DNA of 64,000 bases, taken from contig OX597831.1 in NCBI GenBank assembly GCA_951406725.2, positions 66,278,001 to 66,342,000 on the forward strand. The letters are read 5' to 3'. Positions 25,076 to 39,776 of this stretch are shown in pieces. A program made the position numbers and the translations under genes. The DNA is from Octopus vulgaris (taxonomy: Eukaryota). Under the pieces are notes generated by a model. That model was given only the letters and a program-made list of their open reading frames with translations, was not told the origin of the DNA and searched no databases. Each line of letters opens with the position of its first letter. Positions within the stretch are counted from its first letter, which is position 1.

Positions 25076-26394
25076 AAACTTATGACGTAATAATTTTGAA
25101 CTTATTAGAACACTAACATGATGTTCATTACTGTTACACACAGTAGTGCTGAACACTAATCTGACTGTTCACTGCTGTCACACACAATCAGTAGTGTTGA
25201 ACACTAACATGGCTCTGTTCACAAAAATCAGAATGCTAACATAGATTTGTTCACTGCTAAATAATTAGAAAAAAACTTCTTTCTGTGGCAAATTTATCAC
25301 ACTGGAAAATTTTGATTTTCTTATCTATTTGGAAGTGTTGATTTGTACTAAAGATGCTGATAATGTTAAACAGAATTAACAAAATCTCTCATTTGATTTT
25401 CTCTCTCTCTTGTTTATCTCCAGATTATCCCCAATTCTAGAATATTCTCGCTACATCTTCAGCTACATTATGTGAGATGTTCCTATTTCAGTCTTCCCCT
25501 TCCTAAACAACACAAATTTCAAAATATCTGTGATTTCTTGTTTTTCTTAGTACTTAGCTTAATGGTATATTAACAGGCTCATCTTTTATTCTTTTTGTTT
25601 CCTTTCTAAGTAAATACTTTGGAATAGGGACCAAACTCCAACAACCAGTATCATTATAAAAATGTTAAATACTCAAATTTTAAATGTTAAAAAAAAAGGA
25701 AACTTTATTTAATTAACCAATGTATGTATTACTTTATTGCAATTCAAAATTTCTAGTAACACTTTCAAGCTTATGCTTTTTCATGGTTGTGCTTGGAAAT
25801 GTTAAAAACATTTTTAAAAAAACAAACCCAACATGTTGTAACATATTTGTCTCACAATGGTTTTGATATAAAAAAATATACATTCTAATGCAGACTGAAG
25901 TAAAGAATCAAAATCCTTTGTGAACAGGATACTAAAGATAAGGCTTAAAATTGAGATTTTACAGGAAGAGGTGTAGTTTTCAGTTTATTTTGTAAATATA
26001 ATTATTGTAAATGCATTTTGAAAATACACCCATAATTTTCTTCCTGAACCTCTTTTAAATTGTGTCTAGATTCATTTTAATTTGCATACTTTGTTGTTTA
26101 GAATGATTTTCAAATGTATTTATCAACATTGTTAAAACATATTATTTGTAGTAAAGATTTCTCCTACAAGGTTAATCAAAATGTTAAAGATATATATGTG
26201 TGTGTGTGTGTGCGTGTGTGTGTGTGTGTGTGTGTGCGTGTGTGTGTGTGTACACATTTGCATGTGTGTGAATGTGTGTATTTATGATTTTATATGTAAA
26301 AATGTTAGTGCTCCTCAATACGCACTTGCTAAAAGCCTGACTACTAAAATACAAATATGCACACAGACACACATATATATAGGTGAGTGTGTAT

Positions 26395-26669
<275 letters not shown>

Positions 26670-27379
26670 TGAAAAGATTAAAAGGTTTCATACAAGTAAA
26701 TTTATATTAAAAATAAAAAGAAAATACTTTCAGAACATAATTGTGAATAAAAGAAAGAAAATATTCCCATTTTTATCAAAATTTGCTGCTGGTTTCAATT
26801 TTTTTTTTTTTTTTTTAAAGAGAAGGGAAACATATTGAAATAAATTAGTTTAATTAGTTCTGGAATTTCATTGTTTTCTTTACAAAATTCATCAGCATCA
26901 TGTGAAATTTTGTGAGGAAGACCTGCAAACGTCCAGGACTGGTTTAAAGATTTAAAGATTAATTTAATTTGATTCATTTTATTTTCTCTTTTCTTGCAAC
27001 TTGACAAAATTGTTTTAAAAACAATTGAAACCAGTTTATTTTGATAATGATTTAAATATTTTCTTAGTTTTTATTCATGAAAAAGTTTGCATAGCATTTT
27101 CTTCTTTTTGTCTTTTTAATATATATATTTGTGTGTGTGTGCACGCTTGTTTGTGTGTGTGTGCATGTGTTTGTGCATGTGTATGTGTGTGTGTGTGTAT
27201 GTTAAAAGAAAAAAGGGTTACTGCACTTAAACATTTTGTAAATCCCATTTTGGGGGTAATTTTGAAGATGGCTGTGATTGGTTACTTGAATTGTTTTTGT
27301 TTATTAACAATGCAACTATCCTTTTCGTGTTTTATTTTTTAGTGTTTGTCTACTTCTTCCCTTATTTTTTTCTCTCTAA

Positions 27380-27432
<53 letters not shown>

Positions 27433-29175
27433 ATCTACCAACCTTTCTATCTATCTCCCCAACTTGTGTTAAATTTCTATGCTCCCTCTCATGATATTAT
27501 ATTACTTTGTAAAGATTATTGGCTGACGGTAATTTACACCTTCAAAATTATCTTGAAATTTTGTTAACAAGCGGAGATAATAATATTTTAATGCTGTTGA
27601 TGTAAACAGAAAATAAAAGACATTTGGCTTACTGTGTTTTATTAGGAAACTCTGAGGTTAACATTTGTAGACAATTTTTTGCCTTTATGTTGTTTAACAT
27701 CTGTAAACAATTTTTTATGTTGTTAGCATGTGTAGACAATTCTTTACTTTTCTGTTGTTCCACTATGGAAACAAAAAAAACTGCCTCAAATACAACAAAA
27801 AAAACCACTATTTATTCAATATTTATTTTGAATTCGATTTTATACTTTCAAATACATCAATGGCATATTTGAAAGTATACTGTTGAGCAATATAAAGGCA
27901 GCTCTTACATTCAACTCCTTGTTAAACAACAAGGATTCTGTAGCTATTAATTTCCTCTGAATCAGAGATTTTATGTCCTTAATCACTTCACTATTGTAAT
28001 TAGGCTGATTCATAAAGTATCCCCAGATAGAGCCTATACCCTATTTTATTTTACAACATGCAATTTATTTTTTATTAAAACCAGTTAAATTGCGAAGCAA
28101 AGAATAATTCAAGCAAGCAAAGTACTTAACACTTAGTAAGCAAAACCATTTAGATTTTGCATGTATGTGTTTGTGAATAAGTATTTGTGTTGTTTGTACT
28201 TGTGCATATGTTTGTGTGTGTGTGAGAATGTAACATATGTATATAAGGTGTATACATATGATAGCTTACTATACATGAGGTTGCTATTGAAATAACAATA
28301 TATATTCATATGTATATGCTTACAAAAACATTTATTGGTGTTAAATATTTTCATAACCTTTAATTTAATATGTCTGTTATATTCATAAACTCACACACAC
28401 ATGTACACAAAATCTGTTTATAATAAAAAAAAATTCTTGGTTATTTTGAATCTTTTCTGAAAGCTCAAATAGGCTACAAGAAACTGCACTGCTTAAATCT
28501 ACCATAATACCTTTAATTTGGCATTGACAACAAAGCAATAACCAGAATACTATTAAAAAATGTAAGTACTCAATATTGTTGTATAAGTCATGTTATAGGT
28601 TAATCTGTTCTGCTTTAAGATATAATGAATAGTGAAATAGTCACCATGTGTTTAAGAGTCTAAACTTTCCAGTCACTGCCCTGTACCTCTGAGCAAGGGT
28701 ACATTGTCTTACCTTATTGCAGGTTCTGTGCTCTCTTCACAACTGTTCCAATGATTTGTAAATGTCCAGCAGTGGTTAGCATTACATGTATGTTAGCATA
28801 ACAAATGAATGTAAAACAGTAAAAAAAAATGTCCCCATTAAACATTAAACTTTATTGCAAATAACTTTAATGTGAACTAATAGTTATCTATTAGCATTCT
28901 AGTAATTGCTTTGCATGAAATAATAATTGATGAATTAGATTAGAATAATTTATTTTGAGAGAAAATAAGCTTATTTTCTCTCAAAATAATGAGAATATAA
29001 TATAATGAAATGCTGACGTTCTGTTGATGATGATAATTGACTATGACTAACACCTATAAAATATACTTCAATGATAGCACTAAAACTACGGATGTGACAT
29101 TTTTTCTTTTCTGCCTGCTTTAGTAGAATCTAGCATCAATGGATCGTATGAGTTTCATTTGTAATTCCATGTAAT

Positions 29176-29208
29176 TCTCTCTCTCTCTCTCACACACACA
29201 CACAAATA

Positions 29209-29267
<59 letters not shown>

Positions 29268-29362
29268 CATATATATATATATATATATGTGTAGATAGGT
29301 TACAATTTTTTCTAATCTCCTGTTCATAGATAGATAGATAGATATGTAGACATACATACATG

Positions 29363-29393
<31 letters not shown>

Positions 29394-29406
29394 TTGTGTG
29401 TGTGTG

Positions 29407-29497
<91 letters not shown>
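29176..29497. repeat. Compound (CT)/(CA)/(TA)/(GATA)n microsatellite
   Basis: Direct reading. Confidence 0.9.
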
Positions 29498-29500
<3 letters not shown>

Positions 29501-30014
29501 TAAATATAATTTGTAACACAAGTCACAGTCGTGGATGTTAAAGTTTTATGCATATAAGAAAGGAAGATTACTAAAATCTAATAAAACATTTTCATTTTGT
29601 AAGAACTAAGATGTAATGAAGCTGCTTACAAATATCAGTTATGTTGCTTATCGAACATATTATTGAAGAACAAATTGTGATTTCATCTTGGACTTTTAAA
29701 CATTCAGAAACACCAAATAAATACAAACCCAAATCCACTTAAATCCTTCTTTCAAAGACCTACAATTTCATTAGGCTCTGGATAAAACTATTTTGAGAAT
29801 ATAGTCTAAAGATGGAAATATGGAATGAGATATCAAAGGCATGACAAGAAATTATAATGCAAAATAAAATTCTATTTAAAATGTATTGAATGCTCTTTCA
29901 GTTCATGTTTTATGTATGATTTATAGATAAAAACACGAATTAATTTATTAATGCATGTGTGTGTGCATGAGAGAGAGAGAGAGAGAGCGTGTGTGTGTGA
30001 TATATTTACACATA

Positions 30015-30176
30015 GGCGCAGGAGTGGCTGTGTGGTAAGTAGCTTGCTTACCAACCACATGGTTCTGGGTTCAGTCCCACTGCGTGGCACCTTGGGCAAG
30101 TGTCTTCTACTATAGCCTCGGGCTAATCAAAGCCTTGTGAGTGGATTTGGTAGATGGAAACTGAAAGAAGTCCGTC

Positions 30177-30220
<44 letters not shown>

Positions 30221-30443
30221 GTATGTGTATATATTTGTGCGTTTGTTCCCCTAAAATCGCTTGACAACTGATGCTGGTGTGTTTATGACCCCATCACTCA
30301 GCGGTTCGGCAAGAGACCGATAGAATAAGTACTAGGCTTACAAAGAATAAGTCCTGGGGTCGATTTGCTCGACTAAAGGCGGTGCTCCAGCATGGCTGCA
30401 GTCAAATGACTGAAGCAAATAAAAGAATAAAAGAACAAAAGAA
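30015..30443 (+). mobile_element. SINE family S
   Basis: Full-length forward copy. Confidence 0.88.
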
Positions 30444-30906
30444 TATATATATGTATGTTTGTGTGTATGTTTATTTGTATGTATGTATGTATAAATAATT
30501 ATTTATTTAAAATTGACCATTTTCCCCTTATTTCAAGAGTGTAAAAATTGCTGTTTTGGTGAGAAAGTTATGGAGAAAATGGTCAATTTTCATATGAAAT
30601 CAATGATGTAGAAGTCTTTACTCTATGTTTATATCTTTGTCATGTTATTCACATATATATGCAAAGCAGTGAGCTGGCAGAGTTGTGACATTTCATCCAT
30701 CCTTGTGTTCTGAATTCAAAATCTGCCAAGGTTGACTTTGCCTTCCATCCTTTGGGGGTTGGTAAAACAAGTACCAGTTGAACACTGGGGGTCAGTGTTA
30801 TCGACATATACCCCCCTCCCCATCCCCAACCCGAAATTGCTGACCTTATGCCAAAATTTGAAATCCATATTATTTACATATCTGTATTCTTTTCCTCAAC
30901 ACACTA

Positions 30907-30941
<35 letters not shown>

Positions 30942-31047
30942 TTTATGATATACAGAGTATAGACTGTTGTCAAAATCATAATGATCTTCAATTGACAGTT
31001 GATGAGTATCCAGTAGAAATGTTGCATGTAAAATAAAATATAATACA

Positions 31048-31144
31048 TTATATATATATTGCATATTGTGTGTGTATATATATACATTTATATATACATA
31101 TATATATATATATATGTTTATCGAATATATATTTATATATATCA

Positions 31145-31192
<48 letters not shown>

Positions 31193-31292
31193 CGTATATA
31201 TATTTATATATATCATATATATATTTATATATATATATACATATATTTATACATATCATATATATATATATTTATATATACATATATATATG
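31048..31292. repeat. Imperfect (TA)n
   Basis: Direct reading. Confidence 0.9.
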
Positions 31293-31803
31293 TAATATTT
31301 TGGACTAATAGGTATATGTCAATTAGTGTGTTAATGTGTTGAGTAAAGTTCTGGCATAGTTTGGGCTCCCTGGTGTCATCTGATTGAGTAACCAGAAGAT
31401 GAATGTAGCTGATGTGACCCAAACTGCAAAATAGATGCAACACAACATGATGCACAGAGTCCCATCCATAAGGGGACAGTAACAGGAAGGGTCAAGACGA
31501 TCGTTGAACAAAATAAAGACTAATACCAAATCCATCTTCTTGTTACTTAATCAATTATCATTATATATACATATATATACATATATATATATTTGAGGAT
31601 GGTCATAATACATATATATTGTATATTTTGTGTGTGTGTGTGCATGTGTAAGTGTATGGTATGGTTCTTATATGTTCTAATGCATACAGTCGGATAAATA
31701 CACATGTTAATGTTTGTTAATCAGTTTGATTTCCAGCATTCCTATTTTGTAATATTTCACCAGAGATATGTGGAGAAGAGATGTTTCTTTTTTATATATT
31801 TAC

Positions 31804-32184
31804 AGTGTAGGAGTGGCTGTGTGGTAAGTAGCTTGCTTACCAACCGCATGGTCCCGGGTTCAGTCCCACTGCGTGGCACCTTGGGCAAGTGTCTTCTACT
31901 ATAGCCTCGGGCCGACCAGAGCCTTGTGAGTAGATTTGGTAGATGGAAACTGAAAGAAGCACGTCGTATATATGTATATATATATGTGTGTGTATGTTTG
32001 TGTGTCTGCGTTTGTCCTCCAAACATCACTTGACAACTGATGCTGGTGTGTTTATGTCCCCGTAACTTAGCGGTTCGGCAAAAGAGACTGATAGAATAAG
32101 TACTAGGCTTCCAAAGAATAAGTCCTGGGGGTCGGTGGTGCTCCAGCATGGCCACAGTCAAATGACTGAAACAAGTAAAAGAGT
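31804..32184 (+). mobile_element. SINE family S
   Basis: Near full-length forward copy. Confidence 0.85.
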
Positions 32185-32517
32185 GTAAGCATTACTTTCA
32201 CAGTGAGTGGCAGCTGTTCAGTTCAATACACTAAATACCTTTACTCCCTAACAGTGAGATCCACTCTCTCACATTTATTTCACTTGGCATTAAGTGAAAT
32301 AGAGGCATAAGCATCTAAAATATGAAAGGCATTTAAAACTCAGCCTCTCAATCCTTAATGCTTACTTTAGGTCTCCAAATTACATCTTCTCTATCAATTG
32401 CCTGATGATTTCTTAGAAAGTGTGAACAAATCAACATCAAACTATTGACTTTCAATTACATACATACTTGAATATACATGCGCACATTTTTGTATGTATG
32501 TGGGGACACACATTCAC

Positions 32518-32550
<33 letters not shown>

Positions 32551-33234
32551 GGCACACATAGACATATGTGTGCGAATGTATGCATGTGTATGTATTGTAT
32601 AGAGATCAGTGACAAAGTATGACAGAATATTTTAATATTTATAACTAAATGATTAATTAATTAAAACTGAGATTAATAATAACCGCAATCAGTGCAGCTC
32701 TCTCTCTTAGGAAGGATTACTCTTTCAACAACACCCCCACACACAAATTTGCATGTATGTATATGTACATTAGTTTATCAATAGCCCTATTTGTGTGTGT
32801 GTGTGTGTGTGTGTGTACATTTGTACACACACACAAACACATGCTAATAGCCATTATGTGTGAATGTGGAAAATTTTCAGTCACTTCAATGATAAATGAC
32901 ATTCCTAACAATTGTTCTTAGTAATTCTTTGCTTAGTCATTTTGCTGGCCATCTGTATTTATCCCATTTTTTGAAGTTTTTTTTTCTTTCTTTTCATCAT
33001 ATGTAACAGATATTCTAAAACATTGAGAATAAGAAATACTTTTGTGAACAATTTTGGTTTAAAATCTATAAAAGGTATTAATTGCTACAGTTAACCTATA
33101 GATATGAAATTCAAAATATTTATGAACAGTTTCAGACCAAAGTTTATCAATTTTTTTTTTGCTTTTTTTTAGCTACACACATTTTGTAGAATGATAATAA
33201 AAGCCTAAAATATTTTATCTTTGCTCGTTATTCT

Positions 33235-33265
<31 letters not shown>

Positions 33266-33694
33266 CTTTCTATCAATCAATTGATTGATAGACAGATATA
33301 TGGGCTCATTCTGACTTGTCTGTGGAGTCCAGAGTAACAGGCTTCTGTATGATTCAGAAGTTTCCTTACCTACTACATGGTTTCAGATTTGGTCTTACTG
33401 AATATTAGGTAAGTATTTTCTATAGCCTCAATAAAAGAGTAAAAGAGTAGATGTGTAAGTACACTGGTGTAAAACAAAGTGGAGAAAATAATACTCAAAC
33501 ACACATTATCTATAGAGAGAAGGTAAACAATTGAAAGAAAGAGCACAGAAAGTATAGTGTGTTTCTTATTGAAAATTCCAGGAGAATATGGCAGGCAGTG
33601 CTAAGAGTTCTGGTCAAGTTAAGATATGTAGCAGATGAAAAGTGAAGCTAGGTGCAGCAGCTGATAGAAACTATGTTGGGAATTGTGTATTAAG

Positions 33695-33995
33695 TGGAGG
33701 CACATGGCCTAGTGGTTAGAGCAGCAGACTCGCGGTCAAGGGATCACAGGTTCGAATCTCAGACCGGGCGATGTGTATGTTTATGAGCGAAACACCTAAG
33801 CTCCACGCGGCTCCGGCAGAAGGTAATGGCGAAACTTCTGCTGACTCTTTCACCACAACTTTCTCTCACTCGTTCCTCCTGCATCTTGCAGCTCACCTGC
33901 GACGGACTGGCGTCCCGTCCAGGTGGGGAACCTATACGCCAAGAAACTGGGAAACCAGCCCTTATGAGCCAGGCATGGCTCAAGAAGGAACAAAC
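33695..33995 (+). mobile_element. tRNA(Arg)-like SINE, family R-b
   Basis: 14-bp TSD AATTGTGTATTAAG. Confidence 0.9.
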
Positions 33996-34146
33996 AATTG
34001 TGTATTAAGGTTTTACACAGTCTGGAAACAATCACTGAGAACACAAATACTTGGTGCATGTGTGGTATTGAATGGATGTATGCATTGTATGTTGCAACAT
34101 TGTTTAAGCCAAAATAGGAAATAAGTTGAGTGCTAAGATGATGGAA

Positions 34147-34495
34147 ACATCATCATCATCATCATCATTTAACGTCCGCTTTCCTTGCTAGCATGGGTTG
34201 GACATATGAGTGAGGGCTGGTGAACCAGATGGCTGCACCAGGCTTCAATCTTGATCTGGCAGAGTTTCTACAGCTGGATGCCCTTCCTAACGCCAACCAC
34301 TCCGAGAATGTAGTGGGTGCTTTTATGTGCCACCAGCATGGGGCCAGTCAGGCGGTACTGGCAACGACCTCGCTAGAATCTTTTACACATGCCACCGGCA
34401 CGGGTGCCAGTAAGGCGATGCTGGTAACGATCACGCTCGAATGGTGCTTTTTACGTGCCACCGGCACGGAGGCCAGATGGCCACTCTGGCAACAT
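34147..34495 (-). mobile_element. RTE LINE 3' UTR fragment
   Basis: Begins with (CAT)n on +; reverse complement of the LINE 3' UTR. Confidence 0.8.
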
Positions 34496-35464
34496 TCAAG
34501 TGCAAAAATGGGTTGTAAGGTAAGAGAACAAAGTGTGGTATGAATACATTATTGGTGGTGGATAAATGACAGAAGAGAATTGAAGACCATGAAAGTGTGT
34601 TTCCAGAAGAGTCAAACATCAGGTTTGCAGGTTTTTTGAATGATGTTTGTGTAGAAGGTAAAACACAGCATTGCTACACTGTAAGGTTTGGTTGATATGA
34701 AGTTTGCAGGGAAAAAAACTTCTGTCAACAGAACTGAATGCAAAACTAGCTATTGTTTTGTCAATGCCTTTGAAATATGCAGGTGAGTACATACAAAATC
34801 TAATGCACAAAAAGGTTAAGAAAACTTGTTGGTGAGTGCAAGTAAGAGTATTTACGTTTACAATGAAATTAAAGTGGGTCTATGCATAAACAAAACAAAA
34901 AGTGAAAATACAAAATAAAGACATGTAATGCAAACAAATGAGAAAAGAATGGAAATATTCAATGCTAAACATAGCAGTCACAAAAGAGAATCAAGAATAT
35001 GCACTAAAAACATATTGTTATCCATTTTTTTTATTCTGCATGGTAAAATCATTTTAGTAAAAGGAGTTTTCAAGTAACATATTTGAAAGGGCTTACAAAT
35101 AAAATAAGGGCTTGGCAATGTCAGGTTGCATATTTTCTTAATATTCACATCATACAGCATTGGCTATCATATCACAAAGTTCATACTGTGTACTTGCAGA
35201 TGCATAAAATGGCTGCATAGCTGTTCATGGTGGATTACCAGTTTAAACACTTTATATGCAACACCGGTTGCATATTTTAACTGCATCATGTGTTGCATGT
35301 TAGAAACAGGGCTGCATAATTTGTTTCTTCCTTGGAGGTCATCATATGATGAAAGGTATGAATGAAGAAAATTGGATGAATAAAAAAAGGTTATCATTCA
35401 ATTCATCATTTGTTTATTGTTAAAAGCTTGAATTGGGAGGAGGTGGTCCAAAGAAAACAAACAA

Positions 35465-35670
35465 TGTCAAGCAATGCTAGGGGGACAAACACAGACACAC
35501 AAACACGCACACATATATATATACGTATACATATATACGACAGGCTTCTTTCAGTTTCCGTCTACCAAATCCACTCACAAGGCATTGGTCGGCCCGGGGC
35601 TATAGCAGAAGACACTTGCCCAAGATGCCACGCAGTGGGACTGAACCCGAAACCATGTGGTTGGTTAGTA
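35465..35670 (-). mobile_element. SINE family S, internal fragment
   Basis: Partial reverse copy. Confidence 0.8.
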
Positions 35671-36055
35671 AGTCCACTGGCCTTCCTTGACTCCTACATA
35701 CAACAGAGTAACATCAAAAAAATTCTATTCATAGAAGTGCTTTGGTCAGGCAGTTTTTGTGGTTGTATGTAGATGAGAGAGAAATATAGAAAGAGGGCTA
35801 GGGAATGAATACGAGTACTAACAGCCATAATTTAACCTTATGCAAATAGGGGTTGAGTTGCTTATGTTGCAGTTGGCAGGAATTTTCTCTTTCCTCTCTT
35901 GTCTTGTTACTCCTTGGCTGTGGCTGTCCGCCTATCAGTTGTTCACTCCTGTCTTTTGCACTTTCTGCCTGCCTCAATAAACCTTGTCCCTTTTTATAAG
36001 CCCCAGAACATATGTGGTTATGTTGCCACTAAAAAATTTAGAATATTTACATATA

Positions 36056-36443
36056 CAGGAGTGGCTGTGTGGTAAGTAGCTTGCTAACCAACCACATGGT
36101 TCCGGGTTCAGTCCCACTGCATGGCATCTTGGGCAAGTGTCCTCTGCTATAGCCCCGGGCCGACCAATGCCTTGTGAGTGGATTTGGTAGACGGAAAGTG
36201 AAAGAAGCCTGTCGTATATATGTATATATATATATATGTATGTGTGTGTGTTTGTGTGTCTGTGTTTGTCCCCCTAGCATTGCTTGACAACCAACGCTGG
36301 TTTGTTTACGTCCCCGTCACTTAGCGGTTCGGCAAAAGAGGCCGATAGAATAAGTACTGGGCTTACAAAGAATAAGTCCCGGGGTCGATTTGCTCGACAA
36401 AAAGCGGTGAAATGACTGAAACAAGTAAAAGAGTAAAAGAGAG
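36056..36443 (+). mobile_element. SINE family S
   Basis: Near full-length forward copy. Confidence 0.85.
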
Positions 36444-36852
36444 AATTTTATTGACCAGTTTTTTTTTTTGACATCATTACTTAATCTGCTAAAGGTCCTG
36501 CTGTTCCTTGCAAAGAATTTTCAGATTGAAAACAAGTCCATTGTTCGGAACAACTAGTAGAACTACTAAAAAAGAAAAGAAGGCAAATATTTGAAAACAA
36601 GAGATCCTCAAGAATGAAGTAATCAATAAATAAACGATATAAGTTTTCATGATACACTTAGTAAATGTGCTCAACATATCTTGTGTGTCTTTATTTATTT
36701 GATTGGACATTGAAAATGTGATAGGTAATAGAGTTTATTTCTGGTAATTGAAATAAAACTATTCAAAGGTGTGTTGAATGTTGAAATAGCTTAACTTTAT
36801 GCTACAACATTCCATAATAAAAAATAATGGCAACATTATTGATAACATTTTG

Positions 36853-36934
36853 ATATATGTGTGTGCGTGTGTGAGTGTGTATGTACGCATGTATACATAT
36901 ATATATACATGCATACATATATATATATTCAGAC

Positions 36935-37003
<69 letters not shown>

Positions 37004-37167
37004 CACACACACACATATATATATTTATATATATACACACACACACACACACATATATATATTTATATACATACATATATGAGTATGTGTGTATGTGTGT
37101 ATGTATGCATGTATACATATATATATACATGCATACATATATATATATATTCAGACACATACATATA

Positions 37168-37223
<56 letters not shown>

Positions 37224-37295
37224 TATATATTTATATATATATATAGACACACACACACACACATATATATTTATATACATACATATATATATATG
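36853..37295. repeat. Compound (TA)/(CA)n with a duplicated ~220-bp higher-order unit
   Basis: gcatgtatacatatatatatacatgcatacat...attcagacacatac occurs at about 36888 and 37108. Confidence 0.9.
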
Positions 37296-38914
37296 TGAAT
37301 TCAGGGTAAAAGTAGGGGTCCACCAAGGTTCAGTCCTCAGCTCCGTCCTATTTATCATAGTCTTCCAGGCAATAAAAGAGGAATTCAGGACAGGATGCCC
37401 CTGAGAGCTCCTCTCTGCTGACGACCTTGCACTAATTGCTGAGTCACTATCAGAACTAGAGGAGAAGTTTCAAGTGTAGAAACAAGGATTAGAATCGAAG
37501 GGCCTTAGAGTCAACCTAGCTAAAACCAAAGTCCTAATAAGTAGGTAGGCAGGCAAACCACAAATCCTTTCAGGTAGTTGGCCCTGCTCAATCTGTAGAA
37601 AAGGTGTAGGTAGAAATTATAAGATGTACCCAGTGTACACATAAGAGGTGCAGCAATATCAAAGGAAGGCTAACTGGGAAGATAGTTTTTGTATGTGGCA
37701 GATGCTCAGGAGCAATAAACACTGAAAATGTGCACAGAACAACTTCCGCCACATTCCAGGGAGAAAAACTAGAAGTAGTTGATAGCTTCTGTTACCTAGG
37801 TGACCAAGTCAGTAACGGGGCAGGGTGTGCTGAAAGTGTAGCTGCTAGAATAAGAATAGCCTGGGCAAAGTTCAGAGAGCTCTTACCTCTGCTGTTGACA
37901 AAGGGCCTCTCGCTCAGAGTAAAAGGTAGACTGTATGACGCATGTGTACGAATAGCCATGATACATGGCAGTGAAACATGGACTGTGACGGCTGAGGACA
38001 TGCATAAGCACACAATGTGTAATGGATGTGTAATGTCAGTGTGCATACTCGACAGAGTGTAAGTACCTTAAGAGAAAAGTTGGACCTAGGAAGCATCAGA
38101 TGTGGTGTGCAAGAGAGACAACTGCACTGGTATGGCCATGTGGCAAGAATGGATGTGGATAGCTGTGTGAAAAAGTGCCACACCCAAACAGTTGAGGGGA
38201 TCTGTGGAAGAAGTAGACCCAGGAAAACCTGGGATGAGGTGGTGAAGCATGACCTTCGAACATTGGCAATGACTAGTGATCAGGACCTTTGGAAATATGC
38301 TATGCTTGAGAAGACTCGGCAAGCCAAGTGAGACCAAGGGTGTAACCAGCCCACTTACGTGTACCTTTCCTTCATTGGACACTAAAACTCTGCTTGCGAA
38401 GACCTGTTGAGGCAAGTAAAATTGAAATCGAAATGAAATTCAATGACTGGCATCCGTGCTAGTGGAGCATGATCATTGCCAGAGTAACAAACTGGCTTCC
38501 ATACTGGTGGCACATAAAAAGCAGCGTTCAAACGTGATCATTACCTGCATCGCCTTACTGGCACTTGTGCTGGTGGCATGGGAAAAAACATTCGAACGAG
38601 GTTGTTGCCAGTGCCGCTGGACTGGCTCCTGTGCAGGTGGTATGTAAAAAACACCATTTGAGCATGGCTGTTGCCAGTACCGCCTGACTGGCCCTCGTGC
38701 CAGTGGCACATAAAAACACCTACTACACTACTACACCTACTAAAAACATAAAAACACCTACACAGTGGTTGGTATGAGGAAGGGCATCCAGCTGTAGAAA
38801 CCTTGCCAGATCAGATTGGAGCCTGGTGCAGCCTTCTGGTTCGCCAGTCATCAGTCAAATCGTCCAACCTATGCTAGCATGGAAAGCGGACGTTAAACGA
38901 TGATGATGATGATG
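37296..38914 (+). mobile_element. 5'-truncated RTE-like LINE with complete 3' UTR
   Basis: [40 protein letters not shown] and HWYGHVARM motifs; 3' UTR of tandem ~45-bp units, then AGGAAGGGCATCCAGCTGTAGAAA block and (TGA)n tail. Confidence 0.9.
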
Positions 38915-39014
38915 ATATATATATAATTAATCCCCCAAAATGGAGAAAAAAACAAGAAAAAACAAAAACACAAGGATGTGGTACATGCAAAGTATTATAC
39001 ACACACACACACAC

Positions 39015-39047
<33 letters not shown>

Positions 39048-39071
39048 TGTATGTATGTATGCATATATATA

Positions 39072-39104
<33 letters not shown>

Positions 39105-39200
39105 ATCTACATATATATATGTATATTTATATATATATGTATATAAACTAACTTGGAAATGGATGTCACATTCAATCAAATAATAAATAATATGTATGTG

Positions 39201-39232
<32 letters not shown>

Positions 39233-39728
39233 TGCATATAGTGGTACAGGACGTCACCAACAGTGGAAATAACATAAAATACATAAACAACGAGAAAAAA
39301 ATGTAAAACAGGACAAGTAGACAGAGAGAAAGGACCCTTCATCAGTTGTTGGCTTTCTATCTACTCTTCATTTTGAGCATTCAATGACAATATGAGACTC
39401 CAGAGACAGTTGCCCCCATAAATTCTAAAATAAAATTTCAGATTTATGGAGTGTTAAAGTTGGGAACAAAAGCATGACAATGGAGACATGACAGTAGAAA
39501 CTGAATGAAAACAAACATGGAGGGTTGTTAGACCAGAATGAGAAGGAAATAGTGAACAGTGCGAGAAACAATTTTTTTTGAAAAGAGAAAAGATAGAAGA
39601 GAGAATATTTATGTGTATGTGTATATGTGTGTGTGTGTGCGTTTATATATATGTATGTATATGTACTGCTCTACATCTTAGAGTGTGCTTCTTTCGGATT
39701 TGGTTTTTACAACCGGTATACATATATA

Positions 39729-39776
<48 letters not shown>

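Noticed and set aside
35167-35397. 76-aa minus ORF with protein-like composition
   Set aside because: No recognisable motif or convincing splice sites; possibly an old transposon fragment, but I cannot support a call.
38440-38725. CRISPR-like repeat/spacer appearance
   Set aside because: Repeats are degenerate, the spacers resemble each other, the array is the 3' UTR of a eukaryotic LINE, and there are no cas genes.
39240-39360. Minus-strand CTGATGA in a repeat resembling the hammerhead-bearing families
   Set aside because: No downstream GAAA or closing stems in this copy.
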